From a virus: a DNA stretch of 15,828 nt. This document shows, one piece after another, positions 6,571 through 12,748 of this stretch. The stretch lies in IMG/VR virus record IMGVR_UViG_3300031997_002496, one strand, 5' to 3'. A program made the position numbers and the translations under genes. The notes beneath the pieces are model-generated. The model did not search any database and had not been told where the DNA came from. It saw only the letters and a list, made by a program, of their open reading frames with translations. The stretch's first letter is position 1. Each line of letters begins with the position of its first letter.

Positions 6571-6756
6571 ATGCCTTTCAAAAGCGAAGCACAGCGCCGG
6601 CTGTTCCACGTGAAGGCTGACAAGGGAGAGATCTCCAAGGACACCGTGAGCGAGTGGGAGCACGCCACCAAGAACAAGAAGAAACTCCCAATGCACGTAA
6701 AGAAGTCCTACGAGCTTGGAAAACAGGCGGCGCTGAAAAGCTTTGCACTGAGGTGA
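6571..6756 (+). CDS. small protein (61 aa) with a KSxAQxR N-terminal motif (DUF3008-like, from memory) and a C-terminal copy of the shared motif
   Basis: ATG at 6571. MPFKSEAQRRLFHVKADKGEISKDTVSEWEHATKNKKKLP resembles the widespread small KS-x-AQ-x-R ... LP proteins of phages and bacteria. The C-terminus is SYELGKQAALKSFALR-stop (6709..6744). No clear Shine-Dalgarno. Confidence 0.55.
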   Translation: MPFKSEAQRRLFHVKADKGEISKDTVSEWEHATKNKKKLPMHVKKSYELGKQAALKSFALR

Positions 6757-6759
6757 GCG

Positions 6760-9700
6760 GTGGGTGAGTACGACCGGGGAGCTCGAGCAGCGCTAGCCCT
6801 CTTCAGCAAGGAGGCCAATACCGGTGTGACCGCGGGCCACGTCAATCCTCTTCCGGTCGCAGGCAGCGGGTTCAATCAAGTAGCACAACAGGGAAATCCG
6901 ATGGCAGGACGGGTCGCCCACTCCCTCGTCGGTGGCGCCACTGGCGGAATTCTCAACGCGATGATGGCCCCCTCAGGGGACCGCATGCGGCAGGGGGCCA
7001 TTGGCTTTGCGTCAGACGCCATCGGAAGCGCCCTGGGCCCTTGGGGGATGATTGCCAGCCCCCTTCTGAACATGGGGCTCCAACAGCTGACATCCTCAAG
7101 TGGGGAAGAGAAGCGCGCTGACCACGCGGATGATCGGCTGAAAGAGCGAATCAAAACGGAGTTCCCGCCGGACACGCTGGCAAAACTCAGAGCACAAGCA
7201 AAAGAACTCGAGCTCGCTCCGGGACGGTACTACCTCCCGATGAAAGACAAGGCCGGGAACACAGCGGCAATTGCAGCGTTCAAGACCGTTGGCCCGAAGG
7301 ATCAGCTGGTACTGGCGACAGTTCTGAAACCCAAGAACAACCCTCCGTCAGGCACATCACTTTCGCACCTGATGAAGCAACCTCTCGGGTCCCAGATTGC
7401 CAAGGTGGATGCGTCCCCCAAGACATACACGATCCGCAAGAACGACGCAGGGCGCCTGACGTGCACCTGCAAGAGCTTCAAGTTCAACCACCGAGCGGCG
7501 GGCACGAACTGTAAGCACATCGACGAGCACCTTGGAAACACGAAGGAGTCTGCGAACCGGTTTGAGCAGTTCCTCCTCAACCAGGGTAACGTCAGCGATC
7601 CTCAGAAGACGCAACTCCGTGGACAGTTCGGACGGCTGACCCCTCGCCCGACGGCGAAGTCGAAGGCCCTCACCAGCCAAGCTTTGGCGCTGGAGCCTGG
7701 TCCGCAGCAAGCAGCGTCTCTGCGGTCCATGCGGACGTTGATGCAGACGCCGCACTACCCGGACAAAGACAGCCTCGAACGAACGCGCCGAATTCACGAG
7801 CTCTCCCTCACACCAAAGCTTCGAGCAATGGGCGGCAAGAGTCTTGACGCTCGGCGTGCTGCGGCGACCGACCCCACGTTCTTCTACGACGAGAAGAAAC
7901 GGTTCGCGACGCCAGGAGAGTACCAGGCCAAGTCGTTACGTCTCGGCGAAGAAACAGCTCCCACAGGGCTCCGGGCCGAACACGTTCTTCGCTCTGCGGC
8001 GGCAGGGAAACCCATCGAAACCAAGCTCTCCCCTGAAGCAGGGCGGCTGGTGATGTACCCAGACGCCTTGAAGGTGCAGCGTGAGCGCCTGAACAAGCAA
8101 CGCACCACCCCCGGCCAAACCAAACCCTGGGACCCCACCGACATGCGCCAGACCCTTGAGCACGAGGGGGCGGAGCGCAAGATGGTTCTCGAAGGCGTGC
8201 GCAGAGGCAAGCCGTCCACAGCGTACTCTTCGCACTGGGGCAGTGAGGCTGACGTCGCGGCGAACCAGGTCGCAGCCAAGGATCCCAAGAGTCAGTGGGT
8301 TCCAAACAACCCCGACTCCTTCATCGAGAAGGAACACTGGGACCGCCTCTACAAGCAGCACGGCGGGACTCGGGGACGCCCCATCCCGTCAGACAGTCGA
8401 GCTTCACGCAGCTTGGATAGATCAATCGCAGGCGTCATGGCGAAGACCCCCTTGACCGAGAAAACGCGGCCAGATCTCACAGCCGCCTTGGACGCAGGAG
8501 TCATGGGAATGCCTCTCCATCCGGAACTCGAAGCGCGTCTGAAGCGTGACTTCACCAAACTGAAGCCGGAGCTCGGTGAAACCTCCGCGCCCTGGGACGA
8601 CGCATCCCGGAGCCAAAAGGCTCTCGAAGTCCTGAAGAGTCGAACCCGGATGAAGACGTCCGCGGAAGGCGTGCGTCACTCTGGTGAACCCATCGACAAC
8701 CAGGAGGAGCCTCAGACCACGGAGGCTCCGATGCCTCCGCCTGAGAAGAAGAAGTCCTGGCTCCCTGCCTTGGGTACCGCGGCGGCGCTGGGACTTGGGA
8801 CGTACGGCCTCCTTCGCCGACCCTCGTTCTCTGCGAACCCCGCCCTGCGGAAAACACAGCAGTTGGCGGCGGAGAAAGGGTTCCACCGCATCGTTCCGGT
8901 GATGAAGTCCACAGATCTCCCAGACCCTGAGGCGGGGTTCCTGGGGCGGCTGCACCACAAGATTCAACCCAAAGTCGATGAGCAGGGCCGCATGAACTTG
9001 CTCAACCGCTTCAAGTTCTGGGCGCAGGAAGGCGGAGAAGCCGTCCCTATCGGGTACACGGACAAAGGGAAGGCGTTCATCCCCAACGGAGGGAAGCCGG
9101 TCAAGACTGAAGGCGTTGTCTTCGGTCGCCCCATGCTCGAGCCGAAGGAACGCAAACTTGTACGGGGTGGGGTGGACATCGAGGGGTCGGCGAAGACCCA
9201 ACGAGCCCTTACCGACATGGGGTTGAAGGGCAAGGGCATGGAAGCAACCCTCCTTCAGCGCCATTCCCCAGGAGCGGCGCCAAAGACGGTCGTCGATCTC
9301 TCCAAGTTCATGGCGCCTCCAAAGGGGAGAGAAACTTCGAACCAGCGGGTTGCGCGGATTCGCGAAATTCAGAAAGCAATGCAGGCAAAATTCAAAGGTA
9401 CGGAGATGGAAGACCACCTCCTCAAACCGACCCTTGGATTCAACTCCGGCGGGAAGTTCCCCATGAGCGGGGACGATTGGGGCAAACACCTCGCCAGGTT
9501 CGACAAAGCCATGGCAGATCCGGCGTTCAAGGCGAAATTTCAGAAAGCCACCCCCGACGAATTCGCCAACATGGTGTGGGACAAGAAGATTCTCGAGGGA
9601 CACACGCTCCACGAGATGCTGAAGAACCCGCAGTCGGCGATTGCTCAGCAGCAGATCCCCAACCGGCTTGGGGAGTGGCGCGTCAACGTTACCAAGGGTG

Positions 9701-10158
9701 AAGCCCCGTTGAGCATGATGGCGCCGCGTGGGGCTACCGACAACCCGATGGAGTCTCTCAAAGAACTGGCAACTGAGGGAGTAAGCCCCTTCAAGATCAA
9801 ACAGTTCGTTGAAGGCCACGTCCGAAAGCTTCCGAAGCACTACCGCGAAGGAACGTACGGCGCTGACGTGATGCCGTACTACACGCCTGAAGGGAAGCTG
9901 GACTACAAATTCGTCGAGCTCAACCCATCAGAGCGGGCGGGGTACCACGGTAGCGCCGGTGGCGGCTCAGGCTTCCTCGACGCCAGCAACATCCCCTGGG
10001 CGGGGCACGCACACTACCGCACGGCGACGGGCCGCCACACGACGCCAGTGGCTATGGCCGGAGGCTTGGCAGCGGCTGGGCTGGGCGGTATGGCGGCTCG
10101 AGCGCTGACGCCTGAGCAGAAGGATGAGGAAGAAGACGCCCCACATCCTGTGGGCTAA
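6760..10158 (+). CDS. 1132-aa multidomain protein: N-terminal shared motif plus Gly-rich region, SWIM-type zinc finger, central region of unknown function, TM segment, C-terminal ATP-grasp-like domain
   Basis: GTG at 6760 after GAGGTGAG. The N-terminus is MGEYDRGARAALALF (motif at 6769..6804). SWIM pattern CxC-x14-CxH is in LTCTCKSFKFNHRAAGTNCKHI (7462..7518). A hydrophobic segment SWLPALGTAAALGLGTYGLL lies at about 8754..8815. ATP-grasp-like motifs lie at about 9400..9990: LLKPTLGFNSGGKF (Lys-containing ATP-binding strand plus Gly loop), IAQQQIPNRLGEWRVNVTKGE (E-x-R-V strand) and YGADVMPYYTPEGKLDYKFVELNPSERAG (Mg-binding x-E-x-N). The C-terminus has a second hydrophobic Gly/Ala stretch and an acidic tail. 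Confidence 0.88.
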   Translation: MGEYDRGARAALALFSKEANTGVTAGHVNPLPVAGSGFNQVAQQGNPMAGRVAHSLVGGATGGILNAMMAPSGDRMRQGAIGFASDAIGSALGPWGMIASPLLNMGLQQLTSSSGEEKRADHADDRLKERIKTEFPPDTLAKLRAQAKELELAPGRYYLPMKDKAGNTAAIAAFKTVGPKDQLVLATVLKPKNNPPSGTSLSHLMKQPLGSQIAKVDASPKTYTIRKNDAGRLTCTCKSFKFNHRAAGTNCKHIDEHLGNTKESANRFEQFLLNQGNVSDPQKTQLRGQFGRLTPRPTAKSKALTSQALALEPGPQQAASLRSMRTLMQTPHYPDKDSLERTRRIHELSLTPKLRAMGGKSLDARRAAATDPTFFYDEKKRFATPGEYQAKSLRLGEETAPTGLRAEHVLRSAAAGKPIETKLSPEAGRLVMYPDALKVQRERLNKQRTTPGQTKPWDPTDMRQTLEHEGAERKMVLEGVRRGKPSTAYSSHWGSEADVAANQVAAKDPKSQWVPNNPDSFIEKEHWDRLYKQHGGTRGRPIPSDSRASRSLDRSIAGVMAKTPLTEKTRPDLTAALDAGVMGMPLHPELEARLKRDFTKLKPELGETSAPWDDASRSQKALEVLKSRTRMKTSAEGVRHSGEPIDNQEEPQTTEAPMPPPEKKKSWLPALGTAAALGLGTYGLLRRPSFSANPALRKTQQLAAEKGFHRIVPVMKSTDLPDPEAGFLGRLHHKIQPKVDEQGRMNLLNRFKFWAQEGGEAVPIGYTDKGKAFIPNGGKPVKTEGVVFGRPMLEPKERKLVRGGVDIEGSAKTQRALTDMGLKGKGMEATLLQRHSPGAAPKTVVDLSKFMAPPKGRETSNQRVARIREIQKAMQAKFKGTEMEDHLLKPTLGFNSGGKFPMSGDDWGKHLARFDKAMADPAFKAKFQKATPDEFANMVWDKKILEGHTLHEMLKNPQSAIAQQQIPNRLGEWRVNVTKGEAPLSMMAPRGATDNPMESLKELATEGVSPFKIKQFVEGHVRKLPKHYREGTYGADVMPYYTPEGKLDYKFVELNPSERAGYHGSAGGGSGFLDASNIPWAGHAHYRTATGRHTTPVAMAGGLAAAGLGGMAARALTPEQKDEEEDAPHPVG

Positions 10159-10182
10159 AAAACGCCCCCAGCTACGGGGGCG
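10157..10182 (-). terminator. intrinsic terminator between convergent genes (full hairpin plus U-tract on the minus strand only)
   Basis: CGCCCCC (10163-10169) pairs with GGGGGCG (10176-10182) across a 6-nt loop. The plus-strand A6 run (10157-10162) becomes a U-tract after the hairpin for the minus-strand transcript ending at 10188. The plus-strand transcript sees the hairpin without a U-tract. Confidence 0.75.
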
Positions 10183-10187
10183 GTACT

Positions 10188-10613
10188 TCACTGAGTCCTG
10201 ACAACCAGGCACCAGTTGGTCCAACGCTTACGGAATGCGTTGTGCGTCATCTTCGTTCCCAAGAGCCGGAGCGGCGCCGGGTCCGCCAGGTAGACGTACT
10301 TCGCGTCACAGCCGTGCACGACGCCGAAGTGGTCGCCGTCGAGATGAACAAGCAGCAGCTTCTCCTTCTTCAGCGCGGCTTGCAGCTCTCGGAATCGCAT
10401 GCGGTAGTTGTGCTGCACGTGAAGCTTTCGCTTGCGAAACGCTTTGATCATCGCATGTACTCGCGTGCCCTTTTCAGGGGTGCACCCAAGCTCACGCTTC
10501 AAGCGGCGGTACGGTGACCGGTCGCCGAAGTGATGAAGGATCATCGCTACAGAGTGCACTCCGCACGAATAGCTGTCGAGCTGAATGGATCTACGGAAAA
10601 CGGATATCGTCAC
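10188..10613 (-). CDS. stand-alone peptidase C39-like (papain-fold, bacteriocin-processing type) cysteine peptidase (141 aa)
   Basis: GTG at 10613 after GGAGG with a 6-nt spacer. The C39 catalytic pattern occurs in order: Gln11 (SIQLD), Cys17 in SYSCGVHSVAMIL (codon 10563-10565), His95 in DGDHFGVVHG, and Asp111 in YLADP. There is no fused ABC-transporter domain and no transporter gene in the window. Confidence 0.75.
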   Translation of the reverse strand: MTISVFRRSIQLDSYSCGVHSVAMILHHFGDRSPYRRLKRELGCTPEKGTRVHAMIKAFRKRKLHVQHNYRMRFRELQAALKKEKLLLVHLDGDHFGVVHGCDAKYVYLADPAPLRLLGTKMTHNAFRKRWTNWCLVVRTQ

Positions 10614-10631
10614 AGAGTACCTCCTTTCTAC

Positions 10632-10660
10632 GGGTTCAGCCCTTATACCCGGAGGGGGCT
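10632..10660 (-). promoter_or_regulatory. putative promoter (CGTAAA-N17-TATAAG, read on the minus strand) for the C39-like peptidase gene
   Basis: Minus-strand reading: CGTAAAAAGGAGCCCCCTCCGGGTATAAG, then 17 nt, then GGAGG and the GTG. It shares CGTAAAA ... GGGTATAAG with the element at 326..353. It lies in the 52-bp gap after the stop of gene 10666..11196. Confidence 0.4.
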
Positions 10661-10665
10661 CCTTT

Positions 10666-11196
10666 TTACGCCGCTCGGAGGTGCTTAGGTGTATTCCGAA
10701 CGGGGTCAGTTTTCAGGTACTCGCACAGCTTCTCCAGCTGATTGGGGGAAATCGTGTACCGCTGCATGCGGCCCTTCTTCCCCTTGGTACGGTACGTCGT
10801 TAGCTTCCAGTCCTGCCGAAGGGCTTCTCGGGCTCGCTTCAGTTGGTACTGGTGGTAGCCTGTCTCTCGAGCAGCGCTCTCCATCGAGAACACGTTTGCC
10901 CTCGTACGCATGTTGAGAGACTGGATCTTCTTGAAGACGCTGGCGGGTGTTCTGTTCAAGATTTTAGCGATCTCTCGAAAACCCCAACGGTCAACCAGAA
11001 CGTACAAGCGAGCAACCTCCGACTGAGACCACTTCTTGTATGTCCCTTCGAAAACTGGGATCTGATTACGCCGCATGAATTTGCCGACGCCGGAACTATT
11101 ACGGCCAAGACGTCGTGCGAGCTCTGCTTTAGACGTAGTACTGCCAAACTGCCAGAGGAATTCGATCTCCTCCGGCGTGAATGCTCCTTTTGCCAT
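10666..11196 (-). CDS. putative DNA-binding regulator with Myb/SANT-like and HTH-like repeats (176 aa)
   Basis: ATG at 11196 after GGTGGGGG. There are three helical DNA-binding-like units: FTPEEIEFLWQFGSTTSKAELARRLGR; WSQSEVARLYVLVDRWGFREIAKILNRTPASVFKKIQSL (W..E...L...W..IA..L.RT pattern of Myb/SANT repeats); and FSMESAARETGYHQYQLKRAREAL. Confidence 0.6.
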   Translation of the reverse strand: MAKGAFTPEEIEFLWQFGSTTSKAELARRLGRNSSGVGKFMRRNQIPVFEGTYKKWSQSEVARLYVLVDRWGFREIAKILNRTPASVFKKIQSLNMRTRANVFSMESAARETGYHQYQLKRAREALRQDWKLTTYRTKGKKGRMQRYTISPNQLEKLCEYLKTDPVRNTPKHLRAA

Positions 11197-11232
11197 AGTA
11201 CCCCCACCACTTAGATTACCTTCCAGCTGCCT

Positions 11233-11305
11233 GGCGACATCAGGTGCACGGCTAGGCCGGAAACCTGTGTCGCCAAGCCAGTGTCGCTGTCGCCGCTACG
11301 GCGAC
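11233..11305. promoter_or_regulatory. cluster of TGTCGCC/GGCGACA repeats (operator-like) plus a 7-bp perfect hairpin upstream of the regulator gene
   Basis: GGCGACA is at 11233-11239. GTGTCGCC at 11267-11274 and GTGTCGCT at 11281-11288 form a direct repeat 14 nt apart. TGTCGCC at 11288-11294 and GGCGAC at 11300-11305 form the hairpin GTCGCCG-cta-CGGCGAC (11289-11305). All lie in the 131-bp intergenic gap 11197..11327. Confidence 0.35.
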
Positions 11306-11327
11306 TTTACTGAGTAGACTGGTGAGG

Positions 11328-11534
11328 TCAAAAGCCTTTCGGCCAAACGCTGTGAACCGCGTGCTCTTTCAAGACAGCGCGGATCATGTTCTCCACCTGC
11401 TTCTTAGGGACCGTGAGATCAGAAGCGGCGGCGCTCATGGCAAGATACAAAGCGTCACCGCCTACGGTGTGTCGGACGAGGTACCGCGTGAACGCGGCAA
11501 GGAGTTCAAACGGGATATCATCTGGTCCCGGTCC
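11328..11534 (-). CDS. protein-like ORF segment with no start codon of its own (probable C-terminal part of the upstream Cys-rich gene reached by a -1 frame change)
   Basis: In the frame of ORF 11328..11753, the last 69 or so codons (DDIPFELLAAFTRYLVRHTVGGDALYLAMSAAASDLTVPKKQVENMIRAVLKEHAVHSVWPKGF) look like real protein. The upstream part of that ORF looks like off-frame translation of the Cys-rich gene. The only in-frame ATG upstream (11636) would give a 175-nt overlap. Confidence 0.35.
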   Translation of the reverse strand, partial: GPGPDDIPFELLAAFTRYLVRHTVGGDALYLAMSAAASDLTVPKKQVENMIRAVLKEHAVHSVWPKGF

Positions 11535-11770
11535 GTGTTGAACAGGCTCGCGCTGCAGCCCTCTCCGATCCCCATCGCCTCCTCCATTTCCTTTTTCAAC
11601 TTCGGCTCCGCGTCGATATACATCCCGCAGCGCCATTGAATCCCCACCTGTCGAAGGTACGGGCAACCCACTTTCTTGTCCCATGTCTTTCCCTCCTCGT
11701 TCATTCGGTAAGCGCTGAAGCCGCAGGGGCCTCGGCGGCATTCGAAACCACACCCTACGCAGTCAGCCAT
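11462..11770 (-). CDS. Cys-rich small protein, CxxCxxCC/YkgJ-like putative metal-binding domain (102 aa in the zero frame)
   Basis: ATG at 11770 overlaps the upstream gene by 8 nt. MADCVGCGFECRRGPCGF ... CPYLRQVGIQWRCGMYIDAEP resembles the CxxCGxCC ... C.[FY]L ... C.IY pattern. The last 25 or so codons (NTDRDQMISRLNSLPRSRGTSSDTP) look off-frame; see the frame-switch finding. Confidence 0.55.
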   Translation of the reverse strand: MADCVGCGFECRRGPCGFSAYRMNEEGKTWDKKVGCPYLRQVGIQWRCGMYIDAEPKLKKEMEEAMGIGEGCSASLFNTDRDQMISRLNSLPRSRGTSSDTP

Positions 11771-12074
11771 CTTTGAGCAACCATTCGGCGATCAAGTTAG
11801 CTACCTTGTTACTTAGCTCCTCGTCGCCGTCCTCCTCCAAGCCACAGATGTAGTGGCAAAAGTTGTGGACGACGTACCGCTCGAGCGACATATCGGGGCT
11901 ATTCCGCCGCCACGCCTCGATGTTCAACCGCACCTCCGGGGGCGACGTGAAGTCGCACCGGTCTGTCGCCGCCGCCGGTTTCACCGCCGGGAACGGCATG
12001 TTGTAGATCCTGCACAAGAGGTTGAACCGCGCCCGTGCCGTCTTGAACAACTTGCTACGCTTTGAAGCCGCCAT
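11763..12074 (-). CDS. hypothetical protein (103 aa)
   Basis: ATG at 12074 preceded by AGGAGG with a 4-nt spacer. It is coupled by overlap to genes on both sides. No family recognised. Confidence 0.6.
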   Translation of the reverse strand: MAASKRSKLFKTARARFNLLCRIYNMPFPAVKPAAATDRCDFTSPPEVRLNIEAWRRNSPDMSLERYVVHNFCHYICGLEEDGDEELSNKVANLIAEWLLKDG

Positions 12075-12273
12075 GCTTCCTCCTGTTGGCGTTTGGGTTT
12101 GCAGCGATGCACGTTGGGCATCGCCGTTCAGTCTTCCCGGACTTGAGCCCGAGCTCCTTCAGGTTGATGCTGTGCCCACAAGACAGCGCCTCTGAGATCG
12201 TGCGCCCGTCTTTGTCACGGATGCACTTCTCGACGGACTTGGTGTTCGGGCTACCGCTTCGGTAGAGGGTCAT
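12055..12273 (-). CDS. small putative zinc-binding protein (72 aa from ATG 12273)
   Basis: MTLYRSGSPNTKSVEKCIRDKDGRTISEALSCGHSINLKELGLKSGKTERRCPTCIAANP contains C-x16-CxH ... CxxC. The longer ORF version (to 12432) adds a Gly/Pro/Arg-rich extension that looks non-coding. The start is uncertain because there is no clear RBS. Confidence 0.5.
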   Translation of the reverse strand: MTLYRSGSPNTKSVEKCIRDKDGRTISEALSCGHSINLKELGLKSGKTERRCPTCIAANPNANRRKHGGFKA

Positions 12274-12520
12274 AGCCCAAGTCCAGGGGTGGTGGCGTGG
12301 TGGGATCCGTGTCCCCCCACCAGCAACACTCGGAAGAGGGAAGCAGCGAAGGCACGCCGATGCAGGTTTTCGTAACCCACCCGTGCCGCCACAACCCGCG
12401 TACCCAGAAGACTGGGGACCCGTAAGCTCCACAAATTCGGTCGGTCAAGGAGAGGGCTCCGCCAACTCCCAACCGAGAATCACCAGGGCTTTGTCTACCG
12501 CGGCCGCTGACGTCCAGAGG

Positions 12521-12748
12521 TCACGTCTCGCCAGCTGATCCTTTACCAGCAGGAGGGACAGAACCTCCTTGTCGGGGATCGGTGCAGAGACCTTCTTTGA
12601 TGTATCTTTCCGCTTGGCGGCCATAGTGTCCTTGTAGTGTCCAGGCCATGCCTGAATCGATTAGCTTTTGGAAGAAGGCCACCTCCTCCGCGCTGGTCAT
12701 CTCGTCGTTCTCGTACTTGATCAGGTCCTCGGTCAAAATCTGATTCAA
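12521..12748 (-). CDS. small conserved-looking phage-type protein (75 aa)
   Basis: TTG start at 12748 in a TTGA overlap with the ligase stop. The pattern ...YENDEMTSAEEVAFFQKLIDSGMAWTLQGHYGRQAERYIKEGLC resembles a small protein family I recall from many phage genomes (E-x-x-x-FF/LF-Q-x-LID-S-G-x-x-W-x-LQG-x-YGR). That recollection is unverified. Confidence 0.55.
   Translation of the reverse strand: MNQILTEDLIKYENDEMTSAEEVAFFQKLIDSGMAWTLQGHYGRQAERYIKEGLCTDPRQGGSVPPAGKGSAGET

Noticed and set aside
5538-6677. 379-aa minus-strand ORF, the longest ORF in this region
   Set aside because: It is antisense to four coupled plus-strand genes. Its translation is Arg/Ser/Ala/Pro-rich with no motifs, as expected for the reverse frame of GC-rich Gly/Ala codons. 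The plus-strand ORFs have start-stop coupling and a shared peptide motif.
8422-9840. 472-aa minus-strand ORF
   Set aside because: It lies entirely inside and antisense to the 1132-aa plus-strand ORF, which carries SWIM and ATP-grasp motifs. Its composition is Arg/Leu/Gly-rich low-information sequence, and there is no RBS.
12287-12322. tRNA-like 3-prime end (GGGA-tccgtg-TCCC stem followed by CCACCA) on the plus strand
   Set aside because: The loop is 6 nt and lacks the T-psi-C consensus. I could not build an acceptor stem, D-arm or anticodon arm, so this is most likely chance G/C-run complementarity.
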